Shown: positions 19,751 through 30,005 of the stretch, piece after piece | Position numbering within the stretch: position 1 is the first letter of the stretch | Layout of the letters: the number at the start of each line of letters is the position of its first letter | From: an uncultured Pelagibacteraceae bacterium | Lineage (GTDB): Bacteria > Pseudomonadota > Alphaproteobacteria > Pelagibacterales > Pelagibacteraceae | Length of the DNA stretch: 64,000 nucleotides | Direction of reading: 5' to 3' | Assembly: GCA_902577575.1 (NCBI GenBank) | Contig: CACGZQ010000002.1 | Location: 16,352-80,351 of the forward strand | Position numbers and translations under genes: made by a program | The notes under the pieces: generated by a model | What the model was told of the DNA's origin: nothing | Seen by the model: the letters and a program-made list of their open reading frames with translations, nothing else | Database searches by the model: none

Positions 19751-21085
19751 ATGATAGACGTTACATCTTTAAGTGCTTACGATTTATCGCAAAAACTTCA
19801 TTCTGGTGAAATTTCTTCTTTAGATCTTTGCAAAGCTTATTTAGATAGAATTAAAAAATTTGAAAAAGATGTTCAGGCTTGGCAATTTTTAGACAAAAAA
19901 CTTTTATTAGAAAAAGCTGAAGAAGCTGACACTTATAGAAAATCTGGAAAACCCCTGGGGCTATTGCACGGTATGCCAGTTGCAATCAAGGATATTATAG
20001 GTACGTACGATATGCCAACTGAATGTGGGACAGTCTTTAGAAAAAAAATGTCTAATTCACAAGACTCAGAAATTGTAAACTTATTAAAAAATTCAGGGGC
20101 AATTATCATGGGTAAAACTGTTACTTGTGAACTTGCATATATACATCCATCTAAAACAAAAAATCCTCATGATTATTCAAGAACCCCAGGAGGATCATCA
20201 AGCGGCTCAGCAGCTGTTGTTGCGTCACACATGGCACCTTTGTCAGTCGGTTCTCAAACAGGTGGATCAGTAATTAGACCAGCATCATATTGTGGTGTAG
20301 TTGGATATAAACCATCGTATGGATTAATCTCTAGAAACGGTGTTTTAAAAGTTTCAGATAAACTTGATACAATGGGCGTATTTGGTAAAAGTGTAAAAGA
20401 TGTTGCATTATTAGCTAAATCACTAATAAGAAAAGATTTACATGACCCCTCAACAATTTATTTCGCTGCTGATAATATGATTCAGGAATGTGAGAAAGGA
20501 CCAGTTTTTGATCCAAAGTTTATTTTTTATAAAACGAAAAATTGGAAAAATATAAATAAAAAATCACAGCAGGCTTTTGAATTCTTAATTAAAAACTTCA
20601 AAAAAAACATAGAGGTTTTTGATACACCTTCATACTTTGACGATATACCAAAGTATCATCAGATCATTCATGAAGTTGATATGGCAAATAATTTTCAAGT
20701 TTATTATAAAAAAGATAAAACTAAACTCTCAAAAGAAATAAGAGAAGCTATCTCTAGAGGATTAAAATATTCAGCAAAAGAATATGGCGATGCTTCGGAT
20801 TTTATGAAACAAAGTTACGAGTCTTATAAAGAAGTTTTTGAAGATTACCACGGAATTATTACTCCATCATCAAGCGGAGTTGCTGACAAAGGATTAAAAT
20901 CTACTGGAAGTGCGGACTTCCAAAAAATCTGGACTTATCTTGGTTTGCCCGCAATTTCATTACCTTTACTTACAGGTGAAAATGACTTACCATTAGGAGT
21001 TCAGTTAGTTGGTGATAAACTTGATGATTTAAGATTTTTAGGTACAGCTAACTGGCTTGAGAAAAATTGTAGAGATGAAGGATAA
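19751..21085 (+). CDS. Amidase-signature family amidase (substrate unknown)
   Basis: LHGMPVAIKD, TPGGSSSGSAA, GSQTGGSVIRPASYCGVVGYKPS, LPLGVQLVG. Confidence 0.9.
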   Translation: MIDVTSLSAYDLSQKLHSGEISSLDLCKAYLDRIKKFEKDVQAWQFLDKKLLLEKAEEADTYRKSGKPLGLLHGMPVAIKDIIGTYDMPTECGTVFRKKMSNSQDSEIVNLLKNSGAIIMGKTVTCELAYIHPSKTKNPHDYSRTPGGSSSGSAAVVASHMAPLSVGSQTGGSVIRPASYCGVVGYKPSYGLISRNGVLKVSDKLDTMGVFGKSVKDVALLAKSLIRKDLHDPSTIYFAADNMIQECEKGPVFDPKFIFYKTKNWKNINKKSQQAFEFLIKNFKKNIEVFDTPSYFDDIPKYHQIIHEVDMANNFQVYYKKDKTKLSKEIREAISRGLKYSAKEYGDASDFMKQSYESYKEVFEDYHGIITPSSSGVADKGLKSTGSADFQKIWTYLGLPAISLPLLTGENDLPLGVQLVGDKLDDLRFLGTANWLEKNCRDEG

Positions 21086-21254
21086 AATTACAATAATAAT
21101 TGGCATTGGCCTATGTACCCTTTTTTTAATTGGTTTAGCCACAACATTAACTAGATCAATGATGATAGGATTTTTTGATGTGCTTCCTGTTTATATCTTA
21201 ATGGGTATGGTAATTGTAATGATGTTCTATGAAGCCTTCATTGACAAAAAATAA
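21075..21254 (+). CDS. Small two-TM membrane protein of unknown function (59 aa)
   Basis: Fills the gap between amidase and DMT genes and overlaps both; two hydrophobic helices; ATG at 21075. Confidence 0.7.
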   Translation: MKDKITIIIGIGLCTLFLIGLATTLTRSMMIGFFDVLPVYILMGMVIVMMFYEAFIDKK

Positions 21255-22131
21255 TCCTTACGCTCCTTATTTACTTTTGTTAATCCAGCCAATTTTTATG
21301 GCTACAAACACTATTGTTGCAAGAGGGGGCGTTGAGACAGTACCTCCTATTTCTCTAGCATTTTGGCGATGGCTTACTGTATTCATTATATTATTTCCAT
21401 TTTTTTTTAACGAAATATTAAAAAATAAAAAAGACTTTAATAAAGAGTTTTTTAAGCTTTTTTTCTTAGGCTCAATGGGTTGCGGTATATGTGGGGCTTT
21501 TCCAAATCTTGCAGGCATGACAACAACAATGGCAAATATTGGTATAATCTATACATCTTCACCAGTAATAATAATTTTTTTATCGATTTTATTCTTTAAA
21601 GAAAAAATTAATTTTTTTAGAATATTAGGCTTATTTATTTGTATCGCAGGTGTTTTTACAATTATATCTAAAGGTAATTTAGATTTTTTAATAAACCTAA
21701 ATTTTACAATAGGTGACTTATGGGTTTTGGGAGCAGCTTTAGGTTGGGCTCTTTACTCAATTTATTTATTAAATTGGAAATCAAAATTTAGTTTAATGGC
21801 TCGATTTACTTTAATCGCAATGTTTGGATTTATGTCGCTTTTCCCATTTTTTATTTTAGAAAATATTTATTTTGCTAAGACAAATTATAATCAGACATTT
21901 TTATTCTGGATTATTTTTGCTGCTATTTCACCTAGTATTATTGCTTTCTCCTTATATACACGGTTACAAAAATATGTAGGCGCATCCTTTGCTGGGTTTA
22001 CTTTATATTTATTCGCAGTTTATGGATCTATATTTGGAATTATAATTTTTGAAGAACCTCTTCTAAGTTTTCATTATTTAGGTGGTTTATTAGTTTTTAC
22101 CGGAGTTTATTTCGCTAGAAAAAAAGTATGA
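21229..22131 (+). CDS. DMT/EamA family transporter
   Basis: About 10 TM, PPISLAFWRW, GDLWVL, GGLLVFTGVY. Start may be TTG at 21241. Confidence 0.88.
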   Translation: MKPSLTKNNPYAPYLLLLIQPIFMATNTIVARGGVETVPPISLAFWRWLTVFIILFPFFFNEILKNKKDFNKEFFKLFFLGSMGCGICGAFPNLAGMTTTMANIGIIYTSSPVIIIFLSILFFKEKINFFRILGLFICIAGVFTIISKGNLDFLINLNFTIGDLWVLGAALGWALYSIYLLNWKSKFSLMARFTLIAMFGFMSLFPFFILENIYFAKTNYNQTFLFWIIFAAISPSIIAFSLYTRLQKYVGASFAGFTLYLFAVYGSIFGIIIFEEPLLSFHYLGGLLVFTGVYFARKKV

Positions 22132-22931
22132 AGTATCTTTATTTAGCTTTATCGTCAATTACATTAGCTTACATTATAATTGTACTTTTCACTTATTTGT
22201 ACCAAAGAAAATTACTTTATCACCCAAGTGAAAATAACTACACGGGAGATGAAATTCAATTTGAATATAAAGAAGTTTTTATTGGGGTTGATAAAGATAT
22301 AAAACTTAAATCATGGTTTTTGGAAAAAGACTTAAAAAAATATAAAACAATTTTATACTTCCACGGTAATGCAGGTGATCTAACCAATAGGGTTCATAAA
22401 CTTAATGAGTTAAATAAATTAAATGTAAATATTCTTATTATTTCATGGAGAGGGTTCAGTGGTAATCTAGGCGAACCAACAGAGAAAAATTTGTACAATG
22501 ATGCTAGAAAATCTGTTGAATGGCTTAATAATACTGGAGTAATTAATAAAAATATAATTTTATATGGTGAGTCATTAGGCACAGGTGTTGCTACAGAGTT
22601 GGGCCAAAACAATTCTTTTTCAGGTATAGTTTTAGAGTCACCTTTTACCTCAATCGCAGATGCAGCAAAAATTTATTATCCTTATTTACCTATCGATTTA
22701 TTGATTAAAGACAGGTACGACTCATTAAAAAAGATTAAGAATATAAATATTCCTATTTTAATTATGCACGGTAAGAAAGATGATGTTGTTCCTTTTAAAA
22801 TGGGTGTAGAATTATTTGAGAAGGCCAATAGTCCAAAATTCAGTTACTTTTCAGATAACGACGATCATATGATGGAATTTAATGATCAACTAATAAATGC
22901 TTTGAGAAAGTTTTTAAGTTTCAATACCTAA
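22128..22931 (+). CDS. Membrane-anchored alpha/beta hydrolase (ABHD13/BEM46-like)
   Basis: QRKLLYHP, YFHGNAG, GESLG nucleophile elbow, HGKKDDVVP, DDH. Confidence 0.88.
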   Translation: MKYLYLALSSITLAYIIIVLFTYLYQRKLLYHPSENNYTGDEIQFEYKEVFIGVDKDIKLKSWFLEKDLKKYKTILYFHGNAGDLTNRVHKLNELNKLNVNILIISWRGFSGNLGEPTEKNLYNDARKSVEWLNNTGVINKNIILYGESLGTGVATELGQNNSFSGIVLESPFTSIADAAKIYYPYLPIDLLIKDRYDSLKKIKNINIPILIMHGKKDDVVPFKMGVELFEKANSPKFSYFSDNDDHMMEFNDQLINALRKFLSFNT

Positions 22932-23834
22932 AAGAGCTTTTGAAAAATATTCAGCATTGAAAGGTTGTAAGTCATCTTCTTTTTCTCCCATTCCGATTGC
23001 AACAATGGGTAAATTATACTTCTTACAAATAGCAAGGACTACCCCGCCTTTGGCAGTGCTATCAAGTTTTGTAATTATTAACCCCGTTAGATTATGTATT
23101 TTACTAAACTCTTCAACTTGATTTAATGCATTTTGGCCAGTAGTTGCATCAAGAACCAGAATTACTTCATTTGGAAAAGACTCATCAATTTTTTTCAAGA
23201 CATTAATAATCTTCTTGTATTCTTCCATTAAATTTTTTTTATTTTGCAGCCTTCCTGCTGTATCAATCAAAGCAACATCAATTTCATTTTTTTTTGCAAA
23301 TTCAGCAGTTTTGAAGGCAACTGAGGCCGGATCACTATTTATCTCTGATTTAATTATATCTACTTTTACTTTTGCAGCCCAAACTTGTAGCTGATCTATG
23401 GCTGCTGCTCTAAAAGTATCTGCTGCTCCAAAGACAACAGATCTATTATTGTCTTTAAAATATTTTCCAAGTTTACCAATACTAGTTGTTTTTCCTACAC
23501 CGTTTACACCAGACACAACGATTACAGAAGATTTAGCGTTTCCCATTAGACTTAAATCCTTTTCGTACTTTTGGAGATTTATTGCTAATTTATCTGCTAA
23601 AAGTTTTAAAATTTCTTTATGATCGTCTAATTTTTTATCTACTTTAAAATTTTCAAAATCTTTTCGAAGCTCTTTAGCTACATCAACACCAGCATCAGAT
23701 GAAATAATTAACTCCTCAAATTCTTCAAGAATATTTAAATCAATTTTTTTTTTTGAAAAAATATTTTTAAACCCCTCTGTGAGTCCCGAGGAACTTTTAC
23801 CCAGCCCTTGTTTGAATTTACCGAATATAGACAT
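22914..23834 (-). CDS. ftsY: Signal recognition particle receptor FtsY (no acidic A domain)
   Basis: GVNGVGKTT, DTFRAAA, DTAGRLQ, TKLDSTAKGG. Confidence 0.96.
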   Translation of the reverse strand: MSIFGKFKQGLGKSSSGLTEGFKNIFSKKKIDLNILEEFEELIISSDAGVDVAKELRKDFENFKVDKKLDDHKEILKLLADKLAINLQKYEKDLSLMGNAKSSVIVVSGVNGVGKTTSIGKLGKYFKDNNRSVVFGAADTFRAAAIDQLQVWAAKVKVDIIKSEINSDPASVAFKTAEFAKKNEIDVALIDTAGRLQNKKNLMEEYKKIINVLKKIDESFPNEVILVLDATTGQNALNQVEEFSKIHNLTGLIITKLDSTAKGGVVLAICKKYNLPIVAIGMGEKEDDLQPFNAEYFSKALLGIET

Positions 23835-23836
23835 AG

Positions 23837-24724
23837 TTAAACCTCTAATTCAATTTTAGATGGACCACCTGCATGACCAATCATGAAAATTTTGTTTACC
23901 GGTTCTGGTTCTACACTTATAAATAAACCTTCTCGTTCTCCTTTTAAATTATCATGAAAGTCTACCGTTACAGCATTTTTAACCAATTTCAGTTTATTAG
24001 CAGCAACCGCAGTTGCACATGCAGCTGTTCCACAGGCTTTAGTTAAGCCAGCTCCTCTCTCCCAGACTCTAACAACAATATGCTCTTTATTTACAATGCT
24101 TGCAAAAGTTACATTAACTTTTTCAGGAAAAAGTTTGTGATTTTCAATTTTTGGTCCAAAGTTTTCCAATTGACGGTAAAATTTATCAAAATTTTCATTG
24201 AATACATTGAAAAAAATTATATGAGGATTGCCCACATTTACACAAAAACCAAAACTAATTTTTTCACCATCAATCTCTATATCTACATTTCCTGGGTCAA
24301 TGTTTTTGGAAAGTGGTATTTTATTCCAATCAAAAATTGGATTTCCCATATCTAAAAGCACTTTACTTTTATCAGATAAAGATCCAGTCAAAATTCTATT
24401 TTTTGTTTTTAAACTAATATTTTTTTTTGAATTTTTTTCGTACTCTTCTTTTGATTTAGAATCGATCAATGGTAATAATTTTATAATACATCTACTTCCA
24501 TTACCACATGCATCTACTTCATTTCCATCAGAGTTAAAAATAGTAATAGGTACGTATTGATCTAATTCTTTTTCAATATAAATAAGTTGATCAAATCCAA
24601 TGTTTTTTCTATCAGCAAAATCAATAATTTGTTTTTTAGAGAGATTTACGGATGACTTTCTTCTATCAATGATTAAAAAGTCATTACCCAATCCATCCAT
24701 TTTATATGCGTTAATCGTTGCCAT
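23837..24724 (-). CDS. dapF: Diaminopimelate epimerase
   Basis: KMDGLGNDF, ACGNG, GNPH, RVWERGAGLTKACGTA. Confidence 0.95.
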   Translation of the reverse strand: MATINAYKMDGLGNDFLIIDRRKSSVNLSKKQIIDFADRKNIGFDQLIYIEKELDQYVPITIFNSDGNEVDACGNGSRCIIKLLPLIDSKSKEEYEKNSKKNISLKTKNRILTGSLSDKSKVLLDMGNPIFDWNKIPLSKNIDPGNVDIEIDGEKISFGFCVNVGNPHIIFFNVFNENFDKFYRQLENFGPKIENHKLFPEKVNVTFASIVNKEHIVVRVWERGAGLTKACGTAACATAVAANKLKLVKNAVTVDFHDNLKGEREGLFISVEPEPVNKIFMIGHAGGPSKIELEV

Positions 24725-24746
24725 AATTGATTAGTATAATTATTCA

Positions 24747-24775
24747 TTGACTTTTAAAACCCCAAATTGTAGTTT
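24747..24775 (+). promoter_or_regulatory. Sigma70-like promoter of the ffh operon
   Basis: TTGACT-N17-TAGTTT just upstream of the structured leader. Confidence 0.65.
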
Positions 24776-24784
24776 CCACAAACT

Positions 24785-24880
24785 TTCCGCAAATACACAT
24801 GTTTTTGCGGTGCTCTTGAAAACAAGAGTGTCGACACTAGTCAGCGAAGGTTCGCCCACTAGTGCGATAGGTGTTGGATG
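24785..24880 (+). ncRNA. ffh leader structured RNA (alphaproteobacterial ffh motif)
   Basis: GC-enriched 5' UTR with three hairpins: CCGCAAA/UUUGCGG, GCUCUUG-AAAA-CAAGAGU, and bulged UCG-CACUAGU-GCGAA-GG-UUCGC-ACUAGUG-CGA directly upstream of ffh. Confidence 0.8.
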
Positions 24881-24888
24881 TTATAAAA

Positions 24889-26241
24889 ATGTTTGAAAAT
24901 TTAACAAATAAATTAGAAAGTATTTTTTCTAAATTAAAAAGCGCTCCTTCATTGACCGAGGAGCAAGTTGACTCTGGTTTAAAAGAGATACGATTAGCTT
25001 TGTTAGAGGCTGATGTGGCTCTTCCAGTTACTAAAGAATTTATAGCCAATGTAAAACCAAAAGCTATTGGTAAAGAAATTATAAAATCAACATCTGCTGG
25101 ACAGATGATAGTTAAAATTGTTTACGATGAACTAGTAAATATTTTAGGATCTAAAAACGAAGAACTTAACTTCAAAGCTGTTCCACCAGTTTCTCTTTTA
25201 TTAGTTGGACTACAAGGTTCAGGAAAAACAACTTCTGCAGCAAAGTTAGCAAAAAATATAGAGAAGAGTTATAAAAAAAAAGTAATGTTAGTTAGTTTAG
25301 ACGTTTACAGACCTGCTGCTCAAGAACAACTTAAATTACTTGCTGAAGCAAACGGTATTCAATGTTTGCCTATAGTTGAAAAGCAACAACCAATAGATAT
25401 TACTAAGAGAGCATTAAATGCAGCTAACCTCAATGGCTCAGATGTAATTATATTTGATACTGCAGGAAGAACTCAGATAGATCTAACAATGATGTCTGAG
25501 ATTAAGCAAATTAAAGACATTACAAAACCAGCTGAAACAATTTTAGTAGCTGACTCATTAACAGGACAAATAGCTGTAAATGTAGCAAAGGAATTTGACA
25601 GCACTGTTAATCTTTCTGGAATCATTCTCACAAGAGTTGATGGTGATGCGCGAGGTGGTGCAGCATTAAGCATGAAACATGTAACTGGTAAACCAATTAA
25701 ATATATTGGTGTTGGAGAAAAAATTACTGATCTTGAACTTTTCCACCCAGACCGATTAGCCAACAGAATATTAGGAATGGGTGATGTAGTAACTCTAGTA
25801 GAGAAAGCCCAACAAGATTTAAGTGAAGAAAAAATTAAAGAAACAGAGGACGAATTAAAAAAAGGAATTTTCACTATGGACTCATATCTTTCGCAGCTAA
25901 GGCAAATGAAAAAGATGGGTGGCATGGAGGGAGTAATGTCTATGTTGCCTGGCGCGAATAAAATGAAAGCAAAAATGGATCAAGCAAATATAGATGAAAA
26001 AATGTTAGTAGAGAATGAGGCAATTATTTTATCAATGACTAAACATGAAAGAGAAAATCCAAAAATTATTAGCGGATCAAGACGGAAAAGAATTTCTAAA
26101 GGAGCAGGTGTAGAGGTTTCAAAAATTAATAAACTATTAAAACAATTTAAAATGATGTCTGACATGATGAAAAAAATGTCTAAAGGAAAAAAAATTCCAT
26201 CTGGGGTGATCCCTGATGAAATGCTTAATCAACTAAAATGA
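24889..26241 (+). CDS. ffh: Signal recognition particle protein Ffh
   Basis: MFENLT start (ATG 24889), [21 protein letters not shown], Met-rich M domain. Confidence 0.97.
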   Translation: MFENLTNKLESIFSKLKSAPSLTEEQVDSGLKEIRLALLEADVALPVTKEFIANVKPKAIGKEIIKSTSAGQMIVKIVYDELVNILGSKNEELNFKAVPPVSLLLVGLQGSGKTTSAAKLAKNIEKSYKKKVMLVSLDVYRPAAQEQLKLLAEANGIQCLPIVEKQQPIDITKRALNAANLNGSDVIIFDTAGRTQIDLTMMSEIKQIKDITKPAETILVADSLTGQIAVNVAKEFDSTVNLSGIILTRVDGDARGGAALSMKHVTGKPIKYIGVGEKITDLELFHPDRLANRILGMGDVVTLVEKAQQDLSEEKIKETEDELKKGIFTMDSYLSQLRQMKKMGGMEGVMSMLPGANKMKAKMDQANIDEKMLVENEAIILSMTKHERENPKIISGSRRKRISKGAGVEVSKINKLLKQFKMMSDMMKKMSKGKKIPSGVIPDEMLNQLK

Positions 26242-26251
26242 AAGGTATAAA

Positions 26252-26776
26252 ATGTTAAGAATAAGACTATCAATGGGCGGTGTAAGAAAAAGACCCATTT
26301 ATAAAATTGTAATTGCTGACAGTAGATACCCAAGAGATGGAAAATTTATTGAAAAAATTGGCTCTTACAATCCGTTGCTCCCTAAAGATAAAAAGGAAAG
26401 AATAAAAGTAGAAGCAGAAAGAGTAAAATATTGGATTAGCAAAGGAGCTCAGCCAACGATGAGAGTTTCTAGATTACTAGGAGAGGTACAGTTAATGCCA
26501 ATGCCAAAACCTGGAAACAATCCTCAAAAGGCAGTACCAAAAAAAGATAGAAAAAAAGCTGAGGAAAATAAAAAAGAAGAAACTAAAAAAGAAGCTCCAG
26601 CGGCTGACGGTAAAAAGCCTGATCAAAAAGCTGAAGCAAAAAAAGAGGATCCTAAAAAGGAACAACCTAAAGCAGAGGCTAAAAAGGAAGAACCAAAGAA
26701 GGAAGAGCCTAAAAAGGAACAACCTAAAGCAGAGGCTAAAAAGGAAGAGCCTAAAAAGGAAGAAAAAAAGGCTTAA
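26252..26776 (+). CDS. rpsP: 30S ribosomal protein S16 with long K/E/P/A-rich tail
   Basis: MLRIRL...[37 protein letters not shown]. Confidence 0.96.
   Translation: MLRIRLSMGGVRKRPIYKIVIADSRYPRDGKFIEKIGSYNPLLPKDKKERIKVEAERVKYWISKGAQPTMRVSRLLGEVQLMPMPKPGNNPQKAVPKKDRKKAEENKKEETKKEAPAADGKKPDQKAEAKKEDPKKEQPKAEAKKEEPKKEEPKKEQPKAEAKKEEPKKEEKKA
26651..26748 (+). repeat. 41-bp exact direct repeat (period 57 bp) in the rpsP tail
   Basis: cctaaaaaggaacaacctaaagcagaggctaaaaaggaaga at 26651-26691 and 26708-26748. Confidence 0.92.
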
Positions 26777-26793
26777 CCAAAAGGTAATTAGAG

Positions 26794-27495
26794 ATGCTAG
26801 AAGTAAAAATTTTTACTTTATATCCAGACTTGTTTCCGGGTCCTTTAGATATCGGAATATTTAAAAAAGCAAAGGAAAATAAAATTTGGGATTTAAAAGT
26901 AATTAATATCAGGGATTATTCTAAAGATAACCACGGTACAGTAGACGATACTCCTTTTGGAGGAGGAAGTGGAATGCTTTTACGTCCTGATATATTAGCA
27001 TCAGCTCTTGATAAGAATATAAAAAAAGGAGAAAAAATTATTTACTTATCTCCAAGAGGAAAAAAATTTGATCAAAATGTTGCTAGATCATTAAGTAAAG
27101 AAAAAAAATTAAACCTTATCTGTGGTCATTTTGAAGGTGTTGATCAAAGACTCCTGGAGACAAGAAATATTGAAGAATATAGTTTAGGTGACTTTGTCCT
27201 ATCAGGGGGAGAGCCAGCTTCTTTTGTGATGATTGACGCTTTAGTGAGATTATTACCTGGAGTATTAGGAAATAAAGACTCCGTTAAAGAGGAAAGTTTT
27301 GAAAATCACCTTTTAGAATATCCTCAATATACTAAACCAAGAGAATGGGAAGGGAAAAGTCCTCCAGAGGTCTTATTTTCAGGAGATCATGGCAAAATAA
27401 AAGGGTGGCGTTTGTCTCAATCAGAGGCTATAACACGTCGCCAGAGACCTGATCTTTGGAAAAAATATTTAGAGAAAAAAAATGAAAAACATTGA
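26794..27495 (+). CDS. trmD: tRNA (guanine37-N1)-methyltransferase
   Basis: [41 protein letters not shown]. Confidence 0.96.
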   Translation: MLEVKIFTLYPDLFPGPLDIGIFKKAKENKIWDLKVINIRDYSKDNHGTVDDTPFGGGSGMLLRPDILASALDKNIKKGEKIIYLSPRGKKFDQNVARSLSKEKKLNLICGHFEGVDQRLLETRNIEEYSLGDFVLSGGEPASFVMIDALVRLLPGVLGNKDSVKEESFENHLLEYPQYTKPREWEGKSPPEVLFSGDHGKIKGWRLSQSEAITRRQRPDLWKKYLEKKNEKH

Positions 27496-27991
27496 AGACA
27501 TAAATAAAGCTGCAGTAAAAAAGATAGCTGCAAATAAAAAAATTACTGACTTTTCTCCAGGGGACACAATTAAAGTAGGAGTTAAAATTGTAGAAGGTAA
27601 AAGAGAGAGAATTCAATATTTCGAAGGTGTTTGTATTGCTAAAAAAAATAGAGACATAAACTCTTCTTTTACCGTCAGAAAAATTTCATTTGGTGAAGGT
27701 GTAGAGAGAACTTTTGCACTCTATAGCCCTAATGTAGACTCAATAAAAGTTATAAGATCTGGAAAAGTTAGAAGAGCAAAACTTTATTATTTAAGAGATA
27801 GAAAAGGAAAATCTGCAAGAATAGCTGAAAAAATTAAAAAGAAAATTGGTGTTGATGTTTCAGTTAAAACTGAAGAGCCAAAAGCAGAACCAATCGAGCC
27901 TACTAAACAAGAGACTAAAATCGAAGAAGTAAAAAAAGAGGCTCCAAAAGTCGAAGCTAAAGCTGAAAAGCAAACAAGCGAAAAAAAATAA
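27482..27991 (+). CDS. rplS: 50S ribosomal protein L19 with K/E-rich tail
   Basis: [38 protein letters not shown]. Confidence 0.97.
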   Translation: MKNIEDINKAAVKKIAANKKITDFSPGDTIKVGVKIVEGKRERIQYFEGVCIAKKNRDINSSFTVRKISFGEGVERTFALYSPNVDSIKVIRSGKVRRAKLYYLRDRKGKSARIAEKIKKKIGVDVSVKTEEPKAEPIEPTKQETKIEEVKKEAPKVEAKAEKQTSEKK

Positions 27992-27997
27992 AATTAA

Positions 27998-29395
27998 ATG
28001 TCAAAAACACTATACGATAAGATATGGGAAAACCATCTTGTTAATGAACAAAGCGATGGAATATCATTAATTTATGTTGATAGACACTTGGTCCATGAAG
28101 TTACAAGTCCACAAGCTTTTGAAGGACTCAGATTACAAAAAAGAAAAGTCAGACGACCAGAATTAACACTTGCAGTGCCTGATCATAATGTTCCTACTAC
28201 TGATAGGTCTAAAGGCATAAACGATGAGGACTCTAGAATACAAGTCGAAACATTAAGAAAAAATTGCAAAGACTTTGGAGTAGAACTTTTCGATGTTAAT
28301 GATAAGCGTCAAGGGATAGTACATATCATAGGACCAGAACAAGGTTTTACTCAGCCAGGAACAGTAATAGTATGTGGTGATAGCCATACTGCAACGCATG
28401 GAGCATTCGGAGCGTTAGCTTTTGGAATAGGAACATCTGAAGTCGAGCATGTTCTTGCTACGCAAACTTTAATACAGAAGAAATCAAAAAATTTAAGAAT
28501 AAATGTGAATGGTAATTTACCAAAGGGTGTTACTGCAAAAGATGTAATCTTAAAAATCATTGGTACAATTGGAACTGCGGGTGGAACTGGATATGTAATT
28601 GAATTTGCCGGAGATGTTATCAAAAATTTGAGTATGGAAGAGAGAATGACTGTTTGTAATATGACCATTGAAGCTGGTGCTAGAGCAGGTTTAATTGCAC
28701 CAGATGAAAAGACATTTAGTTATTTAAAAGGTAAAACGATGTCGCCTAAAGGTGAAAATTGGAATAAAGCTATACAATTTTGGAAGACTTTGTATTCAGA
28801 TAAAGACTGTAAATTTGATAAAGAGATAAATATAGATGGGAAAAATATAGAACCATTAGTAACTTGGGGGACATCGCCTCAAGATGTATCTCCAGTGACT
28901 GGTGTTGTACCAGATCCTGAAAATGAAAAGAACGAAGATAGAAAAATGGCTATGAAAAGATCTCTTGATTACATGGGGTTAAAAGCTAACACTAAAATTT
29001 CAGATATAAAAATTGATAAGATTTTTATTGGTAGTTGTACTAATGGAAGAATAGAAGATCTTAGATTGGCCGCTGATCTTTTAAAAGGTAAAAGAATTGC
29101 CGATAATGTTAGTGCTATGGTCGTGCCAGGCTCTGGATTAGTTAAAGAGCAAGCCGAAAAAGAGGGATTAGATAAAATCTTTAAAAATGCAGGTTTTGAG
29201 TGGAGAGAGCCTGGTTGTTCGATGTGCTTAGGGATGAATCCAGATCAATTAAAACCGAAAGAAAGATGTGCATCAACATCAAATAGAAATTTTGAAGGCA
29301 GACAAGGTCGAGGTGGAAGAACACACCTAGTTAGTCCAGGTATGGCTATTGCAGCCGCAATTAAAGGGCGATTAACAGACGTAAGAGAAATATAG
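27998..29395 (+). CDS. leuC: 3-isopropylmalate dehydratase large subunit
   Basis: [41 protein letters not shown]. Confidence 0.97.
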   Translation: MSKTLYDKIWENHLVNEQSDGISLIYVDRHLVHEVTSPQAFEGLRLQKRKVRRPELTLAVPDHNVPTTDRSKGINDEDSRIQVETLRKNCKDFGVELFDVNDKRQGIVHIIGPEQGFTQPGTVIVCGDSHTATHGAFGALAFGIGTSEVEHVLATQTLIQKKSKNLRINVNGNLPKGVTAKDVILKIIGTIGTAGGTGYVIEFAGDVIKNLSMEERMTVCNMTIEAGARAGLIAPDEKTFSYLKGKTMSPKGENWNKAIQFWKTLYSDKDCKFDKEINIDGKNIEPLVTWGTSPQDVSPVTGVVPDPENEKNEDRKMAMKRSLDYMGLKANTKISDIKIDKIFIGSCTNGRIEDLRLAADLLKGKRIADNVSAMVVPGSGLVKEQAEKEGLDKIFKNAGFEWREPGCSMCLGMNPDQLKPKERCASTSNRNFEGRQGRGGRTHLVSPGMAIAAAIKGRLTDVREI

Positions 29396-29396
29396 T

Positions 29397-30005
29397 ATGG
29401 AAAAATTTAGTAATTTAAAATCAATACCATCATATTTATCATTACAAAATATTGATACAGATATGATTATCCCTAAGCAGTTTTTAAAAACTATTAAAAG
29501 AACAGGTTTAGGAAAAAGTTTGTTTTATGAAATGCGATATGATGAAAATGGAAACAAAATTCCTAATTTTATTCTTAATAAGGAACCTTACAACAAATCT
29601 AAAATTCTTTTAGCTGGCAAAAACTTTGGATGTGGCTCATCCAGAGAACACGCTCCATGGGCCCTTTCTGATTTTGGTATAAAAAGTGTAATAAGCTCGA
29701 GTTTTGCAGATATCTTTTACAATAATTGTTTTAAGAATGGCATTCTTCCAATTAAGATCGATGATAAAATTGTAGTTGAGTTAGCTGAGTATTGTAAGAG
29801 GAAAGAAGAAATAGAAATAAGCTTAGAAAAGCAAGAAGTAAAATATGGTAATAAAGTTGTAAGGTTTGAACTAGATGCTTTTAAAAAGAAATGTTTAATG
29901 GAAGGATTGGACGATATAGCCCTTTCAATGGAAAAAATAAATAAAATAGACGATTTTGAGAAAAATTTACAAATTACAAAACCTTGGGTTTTAAATAATG
30001 TCTAA
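29397..30005 (+). CDS. leuD: 3-isopropylmalate dehydratase small subunit
   Basis: [24 protein letters not shown]. Confidence 0.97.
   Translation: MEKFSNLKSIPSYLSLQNIDTDMIIPKQFLKTIKRTGLGKSLFYEMRYDENGNKIPNFILNKEPYNKSKILLAGKNFGCGSSREHAPWALSDFGIKSVISSSFADIFYNNCFKNGILPIKIDDKIVVELAEYCKRKEEIEISLEKQEVKYGNKVVRFELDAFKKKCLMEGLDDIALSMEKINKIDDFEKNLQITKPWVLNNV

Noticed and set aside
19751-21085. Amidase considered as GatA
   Set aside because: No gatB or gatC nearby; it lacks GatA-typical DEFAMG/SDTGGS (has CELAY/SQTGGS)
24785-24880. Leader considered as SRP (4.5S) RNA or a tRNA
   Set aside because: It lacks the GGAA-tetraloop domain IV in a single long hairpin and lacks a cloverleaf or TTC loop; its position fits a cis leader
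26492-26722. Phe/Leu-rich 76-aa minus-strand ORF resembling a membrane peptide
   Set aside because: It is the reverse complement of the A-rich rpsP repeat tail
26651-26748. Direct repeats considered as a CRISPR array or att site
   Set aside because: Only two copies, in frame within rpsP, with a 16-bp spacer of the same repeat type; no cas or integrase genes
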